A model generated the notes under the pieces. The model worked only from the letters and a program-made list of their open reading frames with translations. It had not been told where the DNA came from and ran no database searches. From IMG/VR virus record IMGVR_UViG_3300027759_000063, positions 35,594-99,593 of that record: a stretch of 64,000 bases of DNA. One strand, written 5' to 3'. A program made the position numbers and the translations under genes. The DNA is from a virus. Within the stretch, counting starts at the first letter, position 1. The number at the start of each line of letters is the position of its first letter. Positions 25,504 through 35,900 of the stretch are shown here, one piece after another.

Positions 25504-25890
25504 TTAACGAGGGTATCCAGCAAATGCCCGTACAGGACTTTGTTTCTGCACAGATGCAGGTTCCAGGCTGTTTGGTGTGCTGATTTGTACTTTTTTAACA
25601 GGCAAACCAGCCATTTTCAATGCTTGATCAATTATGGGTTCAACACTGGCATTGAATCCACCAACCACTGCTTCTTCCCCAAACGCAGCCTTGGGCGACC
25701 AAGCCGGCAACTTAGCAGTGATGCCATCTGTGCCGGCGTCACTTCTGGCACGGGCCATGGCCACACCCAGTCGATAGATCTGATATGGATCGCTGGACTG
25801 TACTCCGGGCAATGTGAACACATGGTTCATGGGATCTGCTTGCTCAGGAGGCAGTGTTGTTTCTTCAGTGATAAACTCTCTGGCTCTCAT
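25504..25890 (-). CDS. Small virion/internal protein, paralog A
   Basis: CTS-like MRAREFITE N-terminus; C-terminus SPVRAFAGYPR. Confidence 0.6.
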   Translation of the reverse strand: MRAREFITEETTLPPEQADPMNHVFTLPGVQSSDPYQIYRLGVAMARARSDAGTDGITAKLPAWSPKAAFGEEAVVGGFNASVEPIIDQALKMAGLPVKKVQISTPNSLEPASVQKQSPVRAFAGYPR

Positions 25891-26258
25891 CTGGGATAGC
25901 CCGCAAATGCTTTTACAGGACTGCTTGTGTTCACAGCAGGATGTTCTTGACTGCGGAGGTCACCGTGATTTAAATCTTCATGATGACTGCCCACAGCCTT
26001 GTAGGCCATTTTCATCATGTCTTGTTCTTCAGGGGTATACGGTGCGGCAATGTTGTTGCGTCCTGCCCAACTCTCGCCATCTATTTCAGGTACAAATGTG
26101 CCATCTGTTGAGGCCACAGCCATCATGATACGATTGAGTTCATACACACGGTCAGCAAATTGCGCATCACGAAACTTGTTCAAGCCCACTGTGCCTATGT
26201 CAAGTCGTTTGCTAATTTTGCCAACTTTGTCTTCAGCAACAAACTCTGTGGCTCTCAC
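25887..26258 (-). CDS. Small virion/internal protein, paralog B
   Basis: MRATEFVAE N-terminus; C-terminus SPVKAFAGYPR. Confidence 0.6.
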   Translation of the reverse strand: MRATEFVAEDKVGKISKRLDIGTVGLNKFRDAQFADRVYELNRIMMAVASTDGTFVPEIDGESWAGRNNIAAPYTPEEQDMMKMAYKAVGSHHEDLNHGDLRSQEHPAVNTSSPVKAFAGYPR

Positions 26259-26260
26259 TG

Positions 26261-26587
26261 TTAAATTCCGTTGCTGCCTGCTGTGGCACTTGTGGCTGTG
26301 CCCAATGCGACGGCTGAAAAATTCGTGCCGGTTATGATCAAATAGTTGCCTGCGCCCACATAAATCTCTGTAGTAGTTCCGTTGGGCACACTTACTGCAT
26401 TGGCATATAGATTGCCAACTGCGCCAGCGCCCATGCTGGCATTGGCAGGTGTGCCATTTGCCTGTTGATAAGTCAACTGCACAGCTTGAACTTGATAGGT
26501 AACATTGTTACTTTCAGAATTGATCTGTGCTTTGTCTGTGGTCCACAACACATTGCCTGCTGTGTCTTTGACTACTTGAACAGCCAT
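26261..26587 (-). CDS. Hypothetical beta-rich virion protein
   Basis: 108 aa, A/T/G/N-rich, translationally coupled in a late operon. Confidence 0.65.
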   Translation of the reverse strand: MAVQVVKDTAGNVLWTTDKAQINSESNNVTYQVQAVQLTYQQANGTPANASMGAGAVGNLYANAVSVPNGTTTEIYVGAGNYLIITGTNFSAVALGTATSATAGSNGI

Positions 26588-26775
26588 TATTGATCACCTT
26601 CAGGGTTGGAGACTATGGGTTGAAATATTTCTCGTGCTTGGTACATTACACCTGGAATTTCCACAGGTGTTTGTTTCACGCTGGGCACAGCAGGTGGCAC
26701 ATAATTGTTGGCATTGCGCTGAGAAATTTCTGCTGCTACTTCACTGTAGGGTCTCATCATGTTGTTTGAACTCAT
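26587..26775 (-). CDS. Hypothetical protein (62 aa)
   Basis: Start re-called to MSSNNMMRP after AAGGA; fills the gap exactly. Confidence 0.6.
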   Translation of the reverse strand: MSSNNMMRPYSEVAAEISQRNANNYVPPAVPSVKQTPVEIPGVMYQAREIFQPIVSNPEGDQ

Positions 26776-26779
26776 GTTA

Positions 26780-29152
26780 TTATCCTTTGTATGCTTGCCA
26801 CTGGTTGGTGAGAGCAAAAATGCTTTCATCAATATCTTTTTTCTTGATTGCATTTGTTCCTGGAATGGTGTCACCAATTTTTACATCATCGTCTTTGAGT
26901 CCTTTGGTGAACAAGTTGCCTTCTTCAGTTTTTTGTTCGTCCATGGGCTTTTTCTTTACGCCTGCAATTTCCATCATTCTGCGAATGCTTTCTTTTACTG
27001 TGTCTTCTTCTTCGTCGGCATCAGCAGCAGCGTCTTTCATGGACTCTTCTTTGTCGCCGTCCTTGTCAAGATCAATGTAATCAGGCTTGGCTGCTTCTGC
27101 AAGTCCGGCCATTTCCATCATTCTACGCAAGGCATCTTCATCTTGTGTGTGCGCAGCCACAACAGGCACAGTGGTTTGTCCATCACCTGCAACGTCTGTC
27201 TTGGGCCTGTTCAAGCCACCTGCATAGCCAAAGTTGTTGTCAGCCTGTTCAGTGTTGGTGGGATAGTCTGGAGCATTGTCGTCCACTGCTTCTTGTACAT
27301 CGCCGCAACCACAGTCTGGCATGCCGCATGTGGCACATGGCTCTTCACCATGTGAGTGCATGTCGCCACCGTGTGCATCTCCGCTGCCAAGCCCGGCGTT
27401 CTTCAGCATTATGCCCAGTTTCAGTGCGTCTTCATCTGTGGCAGTTATGGTCAAACTTTTTCCACCTTCGGTTGAGTCACTCATGTTGATGGTCATTGAT
27501 TCGGCAATCATGTTTTCTAATTCACGATTCATTGAATCGTAAATGCCTTTGCCAACCATGCCGGCGCCGCCGCTTTTGGCAGCAGAACTTGTGGCAACTG
27601 AACCACTAGTGGTTGACTCTTCAACATCTTCCTCTTTCTTTTTGCTCTTGGCCTTGTCAGGCAAGCCTTTGTGTTTGGTCTTGGCAAAATCTTCAACGTC
27701 TTTTGGCTTCATGGTGCTGGCAACTTTTTTAAGTTCTTTGCTGGCGCCCTTGACCTTTTCACCTTTTTGCATGGCATGTGCCATGCCCATGAACTTTTGT
27801 TGTTGCTTGCTTACTGCTTTTTCAGCAATGGGTTCTTCTTCATCATCTTCTTCTTGATTCTGCATGTACTCGTCGATAGAGATCATCATGCCTTCGATCT
27901 TGGACAACTTTGATTGTACCCATTCTGGCAAGTTGTCGTTGTCACCCAACACTTTGCTCAAGGCCTGCGCATGACGCACAATGGTCTTGATGTCATCTTT
28001 GGCCATGTCGCCTTCTTGATCGTATTCGCCTTGATCACGGATGTCTACTTCGCCTTCTTTGGTCATCAACTTGGAACGACCGCTGGGTCCTTTGGCACCA
28101 ATGGCGCCTTTGGTACCTTTTGGACGTCCACGTCCACGCGGTCCTGCTTGTGTGTCAGAATCATCATCTGCGCCAACACTATTGCCTTGGTCGTCTACTC
28201 TGCGTGTTACCATACGGCCTGTGGCAGTATGTTTGATGTCGTGTTTGTGACCGCGTTCAATGCTGCCAACTTTAGGAGCAGCAGCTCTTGGTGTGCTCAT
28301 GTCAAATGCAGTGCCTTTGGATTTTTCTTCATCCATCTCAGCATTACGACCTTTGCCGCCGCCCAGGGCTTTACGCATGGCTTCAGCGGCCACGTCACCC
28401 AGCATTTCGTCAACTTCTTTTTTGGCATTGGCAATTTTGTCAGCAAAGTTAGGCTTCTTGCCTGTTGGTGGCACGCCTGCTTTGCGTTGTACATCCTTAC
28501 GCATGTCTTCGTCCGAGCCATGGCCAACCAGTCGGTTGACGCCGCCGGCAACTTTCTTGCCAATCTTTTTGACTGTGTCCATTGGACCTTCTTCCATCTG
28601 TCCACGATAATCGTATTTTGCACTCTCTTCACCAGATATGTTAGAAGCCACTGCCTTGCGGTCGTATGTGTGATGTTTCACTGGAATCGCAGGCTTGGTA
28701 CCAGTACCTGACACTTTTGGTGGGTTGGCAGCGTTTATAGCATCAACCTTGGCGTCGTCATGATAAGGGTCGCCCCACATTTCATTAACTTCTTCATTGT
28801 CATACTGATTTAATTCTTTGCGGGTCTTCCGCATTGTTTCTGGGCTGGCACCTGCTGCCTTTTTCTGTCGTAGCTTTGCCAAGCCGTCATCGCCAAACTT
28901 TTTGCGGGCCGCCTGAATCCTTGGAAAGCCTTCTTCTTCCAACTTGCCTTGGTCTCCAAGTTTGTTGCGCACAGCACCAGCCACACGCTCGCCAGCAGCC
29001 TTGCTGCCATAGCGTTCGCCAGCATCCTTGGCAATCTTGGCAAAGTTCTTGCCTGGCTTGCCTTCGTCACGCTCGTTCAACTGCTTGTGTGTGACTTCAG
29101 GAGTGGCACGGATGCTGTCTAGTTTTTTGTTTAAATCGTAAAAGAAACTCAT
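26780..29152 (-). CDS. Large low-complexity K/E-rich mosaic protein, probable head core/internal polyprotein
   Basis: AT-hook PRGRGRPKG, A.SKQQQKFMG..TKHKGLP module, DLDKDGDKEE Ca-loop, many (L/V/M)xE linkers. Confidence 0.6.
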   Translation of the reverse strand: MSFFYDLNKKLDSIRATPEVTHKQLNERDEGKPGKNFAKIAKDAGERYGSKAAGERVAGAVRNKLGDQGKLEEEGFPRIQAARKKFGDDGLAKLRQKKAAGASPETMRKTRKELNQYDNEEVNEMWGDPYHDDAKVDAINAANPPKVSGTGTKPAIPVKHHTYDRKAVASNISGEESAKYDYRGQMEEGPMDTVKKIGKKVAGGVNRLVGHGSDEDMRKDVQRKAGVPPTGKKPNFADKIANAKKEVDEMLGDVAAEAMRKALGGGKGRNAEMDEEKSKGTAFDMSTPRAAAPKVGSIERGHKHDIKHTATGRMVTRRVDDQGNSVGADDDSDTQAGPRGRGRPKGTKGAIGAKGPSGRSKLMTKEGEVDIRDQGEYDQEGDMAKDDIKTIVRHAQALSKVLGDNDNLPEWVQSKLSKIEGMMISIDEYMQNQEEDDEEEPIAEKAVSKQQQKFMGMAHAMQKGEKVKGASKELKKVASTMKPKDVEDFAKTKHKGLPDKAKSKKKEEDVEESTTSGSVATSSAAKSGGAGMVGKGIYDSMNRELENMIAESMTINMSDSTEGGKSLTITATDEDALKLGIMLKNAGLGSGDAHGGDMHSHGEEPCATCGMPDCGCGDVQEAVDDNAPDYPTNTEQADNNFGYAGGLNRPKTDVAGDGQTTVPVVAAHTQDEDALRRMMEMAGLAEAAKPDYIDLDKDGDKEESMKDAAADADEEEDTVKESIRRMMEIAGVKKKPMDEQKTEEGNLFTKGLKDDDVKIGDTIPGTNAIKKKDIDESIFALTNQWQAYKG

Positions 29153-29157
29153 TTGTA

Positions 29158-29766
29158 TTATCCTCGGGGTTGTGCGCCAGTGGCTGGCTTGGGTGGACGA
29201 TTGATCTTGGTCATTGGGCTAGTATCGCCCGTAGCAATATCATTTGTGGTTTTGGCTGCGGGTGTTTTGCCCCCAGCCACGGTGAAGTCTGAACGATAAG
29301 CATTTTTCAACACAGCATGATCATAAGGACCAGTTGCGTAGTCTTTCTTCAATGCACGTTGTTCTGCATCAGGTGCAGGGTAGTCTGTGTCACCCAACAA
29401 GTCTTTGTTTTCAGCATCAATCTTTTCATACTCATCTACCAGCCCATCCACATAAGGTGTGGTCTGCATGATGATGTGATTGGGATCAAAGCCCAACAAC
29501 TGTGCCAATTGTTTGATTTGTGGCTCAATGGCTGGATACCGGAAACTGACATCAAACATGGTGACTGAGTCATTTTTGTTGTTGGGGAAGTCCGTGGGGA
29601 TCACTTGTATAGGGGTGGTCCGGGGATCACCCATCTTTACAGGATCAAATTGATCCAGCTTTTTCTTCAACTGTGACACCAAATCGCCGGGTGGTTTGCC
29701 CAGCAGTTTGATACGATAGTTGTATGTACGTTCGCTTTCAGCGAGGTAATGGGCAAAATTTTTCAT
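29158..29766 (-). CDS. Virion protein with CTS-like N-terminus
   Basis: Start re-called to MKNFAHYLAES; TAAATA at 29784-29789 and an AGGA RBS. Confidence 0.6.
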   Translation of the reverse strand: MKNFAHYLAESERTYNYRIKLLGKPPGDLVSQLKKKLDQFDPVKMGDPRTTPIQVIPTDFPNNKNDSVTMFDVSFRYPAIEPQIKQLAQLLGFDPNHIIMQTTPYVDGLVDEYEKIDAENKDLLGDTDYPAPDAEQRALKKDYATGPYDHAVLKNAYRSDFTVAGGKTPAAKTTNDIATGDTSPMTKINRPPKPATGAQPRG

Positions 29767-29786
29767 ATCAGGTTCCTGTAACATAT

Positions 29787-30308
29787 TTATTCTTTTTTAT
29801 CTTTTTGATTGTTGCCGGCCAGCAGTCGATCCAGCAGATCATTACGGCTCAACACCATGCCCTGTGCTGTTTGCATGGTTTCTGGATCACCAACGGTGGC
29901 GGCTTTGGCATCTATAACTTGTTGTTGTTGATCTAATCGCATCTTTTTCATCTGCAGATCAATCATCTTCAGCTTCTTGTCCAACTTGGCTGTTTTGGCT
30001 GTGATTGCATGCCCCAGCATGTTGCTGGCCACTGAGAAGATTTCGCTGGCAAATCTTGAATCAACTTGCATGCCCAGATCCATGAGATCTTTGTAGCTGT
30101 CTTTGGCCAGTTCGGCCAAGCCGTCCATTTCCTCATCACTGCTTTCAAGTCCACGCACACCAGGCAAGGCAGCATCTACTTTGTCTATGTTTTCGTCTAG
30201 GATTTGCAGTTGGCTACGCAGGTCTTCCACAGGGAGTGATCCAGCATCCGCCTCAGGGGCATCTTCAGCAGGGAGTAGTTCAAAAAGTTCTTCGAGTTTA
30301 CGAGTCAT
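29787..30308 (-). CDS. Helical protein, possible terminase small subunit
   Basis: Coiled-coil acidic protein with SRFASEIFSVA and a C-terminal SRNDLL; TATAAATA at 30313-30320. Function is a guess. Confidence 0.4.
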   Translation of the reverse strand: MTRKLEELFELLPAEDAPEADAGSLPVEDLRSQLQILDENIDKVDAALPGVRGLESSDEEMDGLAELAKDSYKDLMDLGMQVDSRFASEIFSVASNMLGHAITAKTAKLDKKLKMIDLQMKKMRLDQQQQVIDAKAATVGDPETMQTAQGMVLSRNDLLDRLLAGNNQKDKKE

Positions 30309-30322
30309 GCCCTATTTATAGG

Positions 30323-30754
30323 TCACGCCCGACCGTTGTGAAACATATCGTTCTCGGTAATAACCCTAAAAGTTAGGCCGTTGTTTCTGGCCCACTTGGT
30401 TGCAGCGTCCCATTTGGCATAGTTAATGGCCACAACGGCACGATCTCGGTTGCTCATTTTTGATTCGATCACACTCTGCTTTTTGGGTTTGATTTCGATC
30501 AACTCAGCCTTTACGGTGTTGTTACGGGTTCGATAAGTGATCAAGAAATCTGGAATGTACTGTGTGATCTTGCCTGTGAGTGGATGACGATAGGGAATAG
30601 CAATGCTTTCTGACGCCCACTGCAACACATTGTCATTGGTGTCGCAAAACTTCATAAAGCTCAGTTCCCAGCCAGATCTGTAACGCGGTGTGCCGTTGCC
30701 CGCATATTTCTCACGGTTGATCACAGTATAAGGACCTTGTGCCCAGTGGCTCAT
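30323..30754 (-). CDS. 4: Head completion nuclease (T4 gp4 / TnsA-like)
   Basis: YRSGWE..FM..CD, WASE...IPY, YIPDF, IEIKP..Q, N.AKW.AA, F.VITE. Confidence 0.9.
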   Translation of the reverse strand: MSHWAQGPYTVINREKYAGNGTPRYRSGWELSFMKFCDTNDNVLQWASESIAIPYRHPLTGKITQYIPDFLITYRTRNNTVKAELIEIKPKKQSVIESKMSNRDRAVVAINYAKWDAATKWARNNGLTFRVITENDMFHNGRA

Positions 30755-31110
30755 GGCAAAGCGTTTCTGGCCTGATAAAAGTTGGGTGTCACAGTGGCGC
30801 CCACACCCAACAGTGTGGCTCTTGATCGTATGGCGTTGAGATAGTACGCCAAGTTGACATTTATATTCATGCCATTATTGGTTTTCAACTCTTCCAGCAG
30901 TGTCAACACTGGTATACCAGTATCTTCGGCTACTCTAAACAAACTCACTGTGAAATTACCAGCTGCCTGTCGAGTGGTCATGATACTTAAAAAATAACTG
31001 TGTACAATATCATACTCGGCAGCAGGTACGTTGACGTCATAATCATAAAATTGATCGTACACACGCACGGTTAGATCTAGGTTGGGGTTGGTGTAATTAA
31101 CAGTACTCAC
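30751..31110 (-). CDS. Hypothetical tail/baseplate-region protein
   Basis: 119-aa ORF coupled within the tail operon. Confidence 0.7.
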   Translation of the reverse strand: MSTVNYTNPNLDLTVRVYDQFYDYDVNVPAAEYDIVHSYFLSIMTTRQAAGNFTVSLFRVAEDTGIPVLTLLEELKTNNGMNINVNLAYYLNAIRSRATLLGVGATVTPNFYQARNALP

Positions 31111-31113
31111 AAA

Positions 31114-32295
31114 TTATGCTCCAGGATTTGGATTGTTTCTACCTGCGGTCTGTGCCTGACGTGCTGCTTGTTGTTGTGGAAATATCCAACCATCAGCTTT
31201 GTTGGTCACTGCTCGAGTGGCACCAGGCAGTGACCCAATTACAACATTTTTGCCCAGGGATGTGGCCTCACTCTTGGTGATGGCTGCAAGATTTTTACCT
31301 TTAAAGGTTTGGTTGACTCTGACTGCTTTTTGCGCGGCACCAATAAGACCCAACACACTTCCGCTTTGCAAATCACCAAGAATACCAGCACCAGCATCCA
31401 GCAAACCACCCTGGCCAAACACTGTGGCAGTTGACCCAGGTCTAGAAAGCGGACTTGTTGTTGTGTCATAATGGGAAACATCAGCGAACCCTTGAATATT
31501 TTGATCGCCGCCACGCTTGCTGTCGCCCACAGCGCCGGCATAGTACTTTACAGTTTCATAAGCAATGGTCATTGAGTTTTGCATGACACCACCACCTTCT
31601 GCGTAACTGTATTGATCATGACTCCAGTTTGTGATCAAAGGATTGATCAAGATGTACTCGGCAAACTTGTGTTGATCCATGCCGTAGATTCTAATGTCAC
31701 GAAAGAATGGTGGTTTGCCAGACGTTGCACTACTGCCGCCGTCATTGTAGGCCTCACCAATGTAGCCCCAGTCGTTGACATTGCCTATTCGTTGTTTGGC
31801 GTATATGTCTCTTGAGTTGTATCCAAATCCAGCCTGACGATTGGCGCTGGCACCATTTTCACCATTGTTGTTGTTGGCTTCAAGATACTGCTGGGCAGGA
31901 TCTTTATAGTAATAGCTCATGTAGTAGTACCACATTTTTCTCACTAGATCGCCACTGGTGTCGTGCAGAGTCACTGACACTGGTTCGTAATTGATTTTCT
32001 TTTGTATTATACGTTTGCGGTTGTACTGGTTCAGTGTTTCAGTATCAATATTGTACTTGGGCAAGTCAATGGTTTTTACCGCAAGACTCAACATACTGAT
32101 TTCATCATTGCCCAGCGCACCTCGTAGAAAAGGAATCTCTTGTATGTTAAGCGTGAAGCTCACATGAAAGAGAAACTTGTATCGGGGCTTTAGTTCGTAG
32201 GCGTTGGTGGTAAAAGTTTTGCTTGCGTGAGTGTAATCACGCAAGCTGTTGTTGCCTACGAACCCTTTTAAGAAGTCCTGGCCAAATGTTGGCAT
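31114..32295 (-). CDS. Tail-tube-fold baseplate/tube initiator (gp54/gp48-like)
   Basis: VKTIDLPKY..ETLNQYNRKR...YEPVSVTLHD, MTIAYE; directly follows the tail tube gene. Confidence 0.65.
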   Translation of the reverse strand: MPTFGQDFLKGFVGNNSLRDYTHASKTFTTNAYELKPRYKFLFHVSFTLNIQEIPFLRGALGNDEISMLSLAVKTIDLPKYNIDTETLNQYNRKRIIQKKINYEPVSVTLHDTSGDLVRKMWYYYMSYYYKDPAQQYLEANNNNGENGASANRQAGFGYNSRDIYAKQRIGNVNDWGYIGEAYNDGGSSATSGKPPFFRDIRIYGMDQHKFAEYILINPLITNWSHDQYSYAEGGGVMQNSMTIAYETVKYYAGAVGDSKRGGDQNIQGFADVSHYDTTTSPLSRPGSTATVFGQGGLLDAGAGILGDLQSGSVLGLIGAAQKAVRVNQTFKGKNLAAITKSEATSLGKNVVIGSLPGATRAVTNKADGWIFPQQQAARQAQTAGRNNPNPGA

Positions 32296-32298
32296 TTG

Positions 32299-32925
32299 TT
32301 AGATACCAGCGCCGGTTACCACATCGCCTAAAGTTCTACCAACTTCAGTGCCCACACCAGTACCTTCAGGTGTTTGATTGGCGTTATCGTAAGCAATGCT
32401 CATTTCAATTGTGACTGCTTCGTTCGTGCCGTAGTTGAGGTCTTGATAGTTAGCACCTTTGAGGTAGCAGCCATACAGTTCCCAAGTTTCTAACACAACT
32501 GGTTCATTGGCACCATTGCCACCATCAAGGATTTCAATCTTGGTTAAAAATTTGTAATCAATACCTGACGCCGCAGAACTCATTTCCAAGAAGTCCATTT
32601 GTTTCTGCAATTGCTCGCCAATCAATCTACTCACCGCACCGCTGGCGTCATCTCTAACGCTGCAAGTAATATCTGCCCAGGTATGACGACCAGCCAATTT
32701 CAATGTTGAGTTGTAGATCGGCAATGCAATTTCTTCAAAAGTCAAATTGGGACGAGCCACACTGATCACTTGTTTGGTCAATTCTGTTCTGGGTGTACTT
32801 ACACCAAAATTTTCAAACATCACTCTAAAGCGATATTTGAGCTTGGGCATCAACAGGCCTTGGGTTGGTGAGCTTTGGCCACTTGCCAAGGGTACTGTCA
32901 TTCTCTGTAATGATGAAACTGCCAT
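32299..32925 (-). CDS. 19: Tail tube protein
   Basis: YRFRV.F, RP.L.FEEI, AGRHTW.DIT..VRDD, WELYGC, I.YD; follows the sheath gene; TAAATA at 32948-32953. Confidence 0.85.
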   Translation of the reverse strand: MAVSSLQRMTVPLASGQSSPTQGLLMPKLKYRFRVMFENFGVSTPRTELTKQVISVARPNLTFEEIALPIYNSTLKLAGRHTWADITCSVRDDASGAVSRLIGEQLQKQMDFLEMSSAASGIDYKFLTKIEILDGGNGANEPVVLETWELYGCYLKGANYQDLNYGTNEAVTIEMSIAYDNANQTPEGTGVGTEVGRTLGDVVTGAGI

Positions 32926-32956
32926 TTGTTATATCTCCTGTTGTGTTTATTTACCT

Positions 32957-32989
32957 GAAATGGAGGCCCGGTAAAAGGCCCCCTGTTTC
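32957..32989 (-). terminator. Imperfect hairpin after the sheath gene
   Basis: GAAACAGGGGGCC-loop-GGCCTCCATTTC. Confidence 0.4.
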
Positions 32990-32990
32990 A

Positions 32991-35900
32991 TCACCCTGCT
33001 GTGCCGCCTGCGATTTCACCAGTGTTCTTGATACGCAATGGAATGTAGATAAACTCCACAGCCTTCACAGGCTCAATAGCAACATCCATCCACAGTTCGT
33101 TGGCGTCAATACGTGCTGGTGTGTTATTGCTTAGGTCACACACAACCAAGTAGTCATAGATGGCACGTTTGGCCACAAGGTCAATCATCAAACTGTTGGC
33201 GGTGTTGGCAATTTCATTACGAGTAATTTGATCATTGGGTTCAAACAAATACAGTTTACCAATTTCTTCTAGTCGTCCACGCAAGAAGCAAATCAGTCGA
33301 GCAACGTTGATACGGTCCAGGGCTGTTGTGGCACCTTGACGTGTTTTGTTACCAAAGTTTGTGATGCCAACACCTGGAATGAATGTGATTGGATTGATAT
33401 TGTTTGAATACAACACGTCACGCAACCCTTGTCCAATAGCAGTTTGTACAAATTCACCAGTGGTGGCTTCAATGTAACCAATAGCTGTGGCATTGTCAAT
33501 CACACCACGGCGGGTACCAGCGGGTGCCAACCATGGATAGCTCACAGCATCGCTGCGCAGGATAGTGCGCATCATCATGTGGCTTGGAGGTGCCACCACT
33601 GTGTTACCACTCAAGTCTGTGGTTTGACAGCTGGGGTAGAACACCGCAGCATAAGCACTTCCAATAGTGAGTCCGTCACCAGTTGGCAATCCAAGTCCAC
33701 CGTTGTCTGTAGCATAAGTCACAAGATCTGTGCCATTGGCAGCCAGTCGCATGGGAGTATCGCCCACAACAAACAGTGTGTTGGCACGTTCGTTGCTGAG
33801 TGCAACCATGTTTGTGGCCAACTCAGGGTATGCAGGAGCAGCAATCAAGTTGAATTGATTTTGTTCTTCTCTAGCTGCCAAGCTGGTGTCAATACCGGCT
33901 TTCATGGCCTTGACCACCAAGGCACGTTGAGCTTGGCGTCCAGCATACATACTGCCGTTGGCTTTGTTGCCACTGGTGGTTACCCAAGTAAAACTGTATT
34001 CAGGCAAGTTGGCAGTGTTTGTGGGTGCTGCAGGATTGTATGCCCCGGCATCTGGATAGTTGTTTGCAGTAAAGTAGTTGGTGGTGAATGCCTTGACATT
34101 GTATCCTGAACGACGTGTGTTGAACAGCAACATGCCTTGTGGATACAGTGCAGGATCAGGTGCATCCAGATCCAAGTAATCACTGGTCAGCAAACTTTCA
34201 ATTGTGGGTATGGTATCGCTTACTGGATTGATAGCGCCGCTTGTGCCCCAACGTGCATCTGTAAACAGTATACCATTTTGTGTGACCTGATCTGTGGTGT
34301 CAACTGCCACCCATTGTTCAGTACCGTTGACTTGTTCCCAACGATACAATTTGGGATAATTTTCCAAGTCGCTGGTGTCGACCCACAAATCGCCCAATTC
34401 CAGCGCAGATTCTGCTGTGTTGGTTTGAGTAGTGGGTGCGGTCGCCGCTATGATTGGTCCAGCAGCATTGGTCAAACTCAGATCAAAACCGCGAACATCG
34501 TTGGTGACATTCTGATAACCTTGCCAAGTGCCGTTGTCTTGAATCATGATATCCACATCACTTACTGAGCTGTAGTACCACAGGCGTCCATCTGCTGGAT
34601 TCTGATCTGGACTGGTAGCACTGGCAGTGTAGGTAAATGTTGGATCACTAACCCAATTTGACAAGTCCAAGTACCCGCCACCGTTGCTGTTGGCGCTGAC
34701 ATAAGTGGTGGCAGTTGTGAAACCAGCCGTGGTCAAAGGTGTGCCCACATTTGGCCCAACTGTGATGGTACCACCTTGTGAATGAGACAGCACAATATTA
34801 CCAGCACTGCTGACACTGGCGCTGACATAAGGAATGTTGGCCAAGCTCACTGCTGTGATAAAATCTGACACAGTACCTGTACCACCAATGGTCACAGTGT
34901 ATTGATCTCCAACTGCGGCTGTTCCTGCCTGAGTTGAGTATGCATAAAAACTGTTGCCAGGAACAAATGCAGCACCAGTTGGGGTGGTTGTTCCTGTTAC
35001 TATTGTGGCCCCCAGTACAGCTCGTTCAAAAATTTTAAATGTACTGTTGCTATTAGGAGCAGTGGTTGATATGGCAGCATTGTATTGCACATAAGTGGTG
35101 CCAACTGGAATATTTTTGCCGCCACCTGTGGGATCTAAAGCGTACAAGGCTGCTGCGTCATTGAGATAAACTCCAGATGTTTGTGACACAAAGGTATCCA
35201 ATGCGGCACTGTATACCTTGACTTTCAAACTCATGCCATCATTGGCTGAACTGAGATTTTGCCACACTGATCCTGTGGGTTCTGGAGCAGTGTCTGTGCT
35301 TCTCCAACGTGGGGCTTGATAACTGTATCCTGGGAAATAATTTGGTGCACGATATTCATCGTTGGCAATACCAAGCGCAGTCAACAAAGCTGTGCCGGCA
35401 TTGGGTCCAGGCAAAACAGAAACCACACCACCACTGGCAGTTGATCCATCATTTGTGGCCAAGGAGCTGACAAACAATGCCAAGCTGCCGCCTACATTGG
35501 CAGCAGTCACACCAGTCACAGCGGCAGTGTTAATTGCTGCTGCAAATCCAGTGACAGTGTTGTTGGGGCTGGCAGGAACTGTTACTAAAGTACCATTAAG
35601 AAATAAAGTGCTGCCAACAGTCAAACTTGCAGGGGTTGTGGTTCCGACCACTGCAGGCCATGATGTTTTCCAGGCGTCGCTGCCAAGAAACACCCAGGTA
35701 TTGCTGGAATTTTTATAATAACCTGGATTGGTCAATGCCACTGCACTCACCGCATAGTCGCCGATGCTGCCCACAGTTGACAATGGAGTATAATTGCCAC
35801 CTGCATAGTTAACTACCAAACTGGTGTCAGTAATCACAATTGGGGTAATTGTGGTAAAAGTTGCAGAAGTTTGGTTCCATTCTTGAATTCCCCACACAGA

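Noticed and set aside
27914-28711. 265-aa plus-strand ORF
   Set aside because: It is antisense to the 790-aa gene, has an F/H-rich shadow composition, and lacks expression signals.
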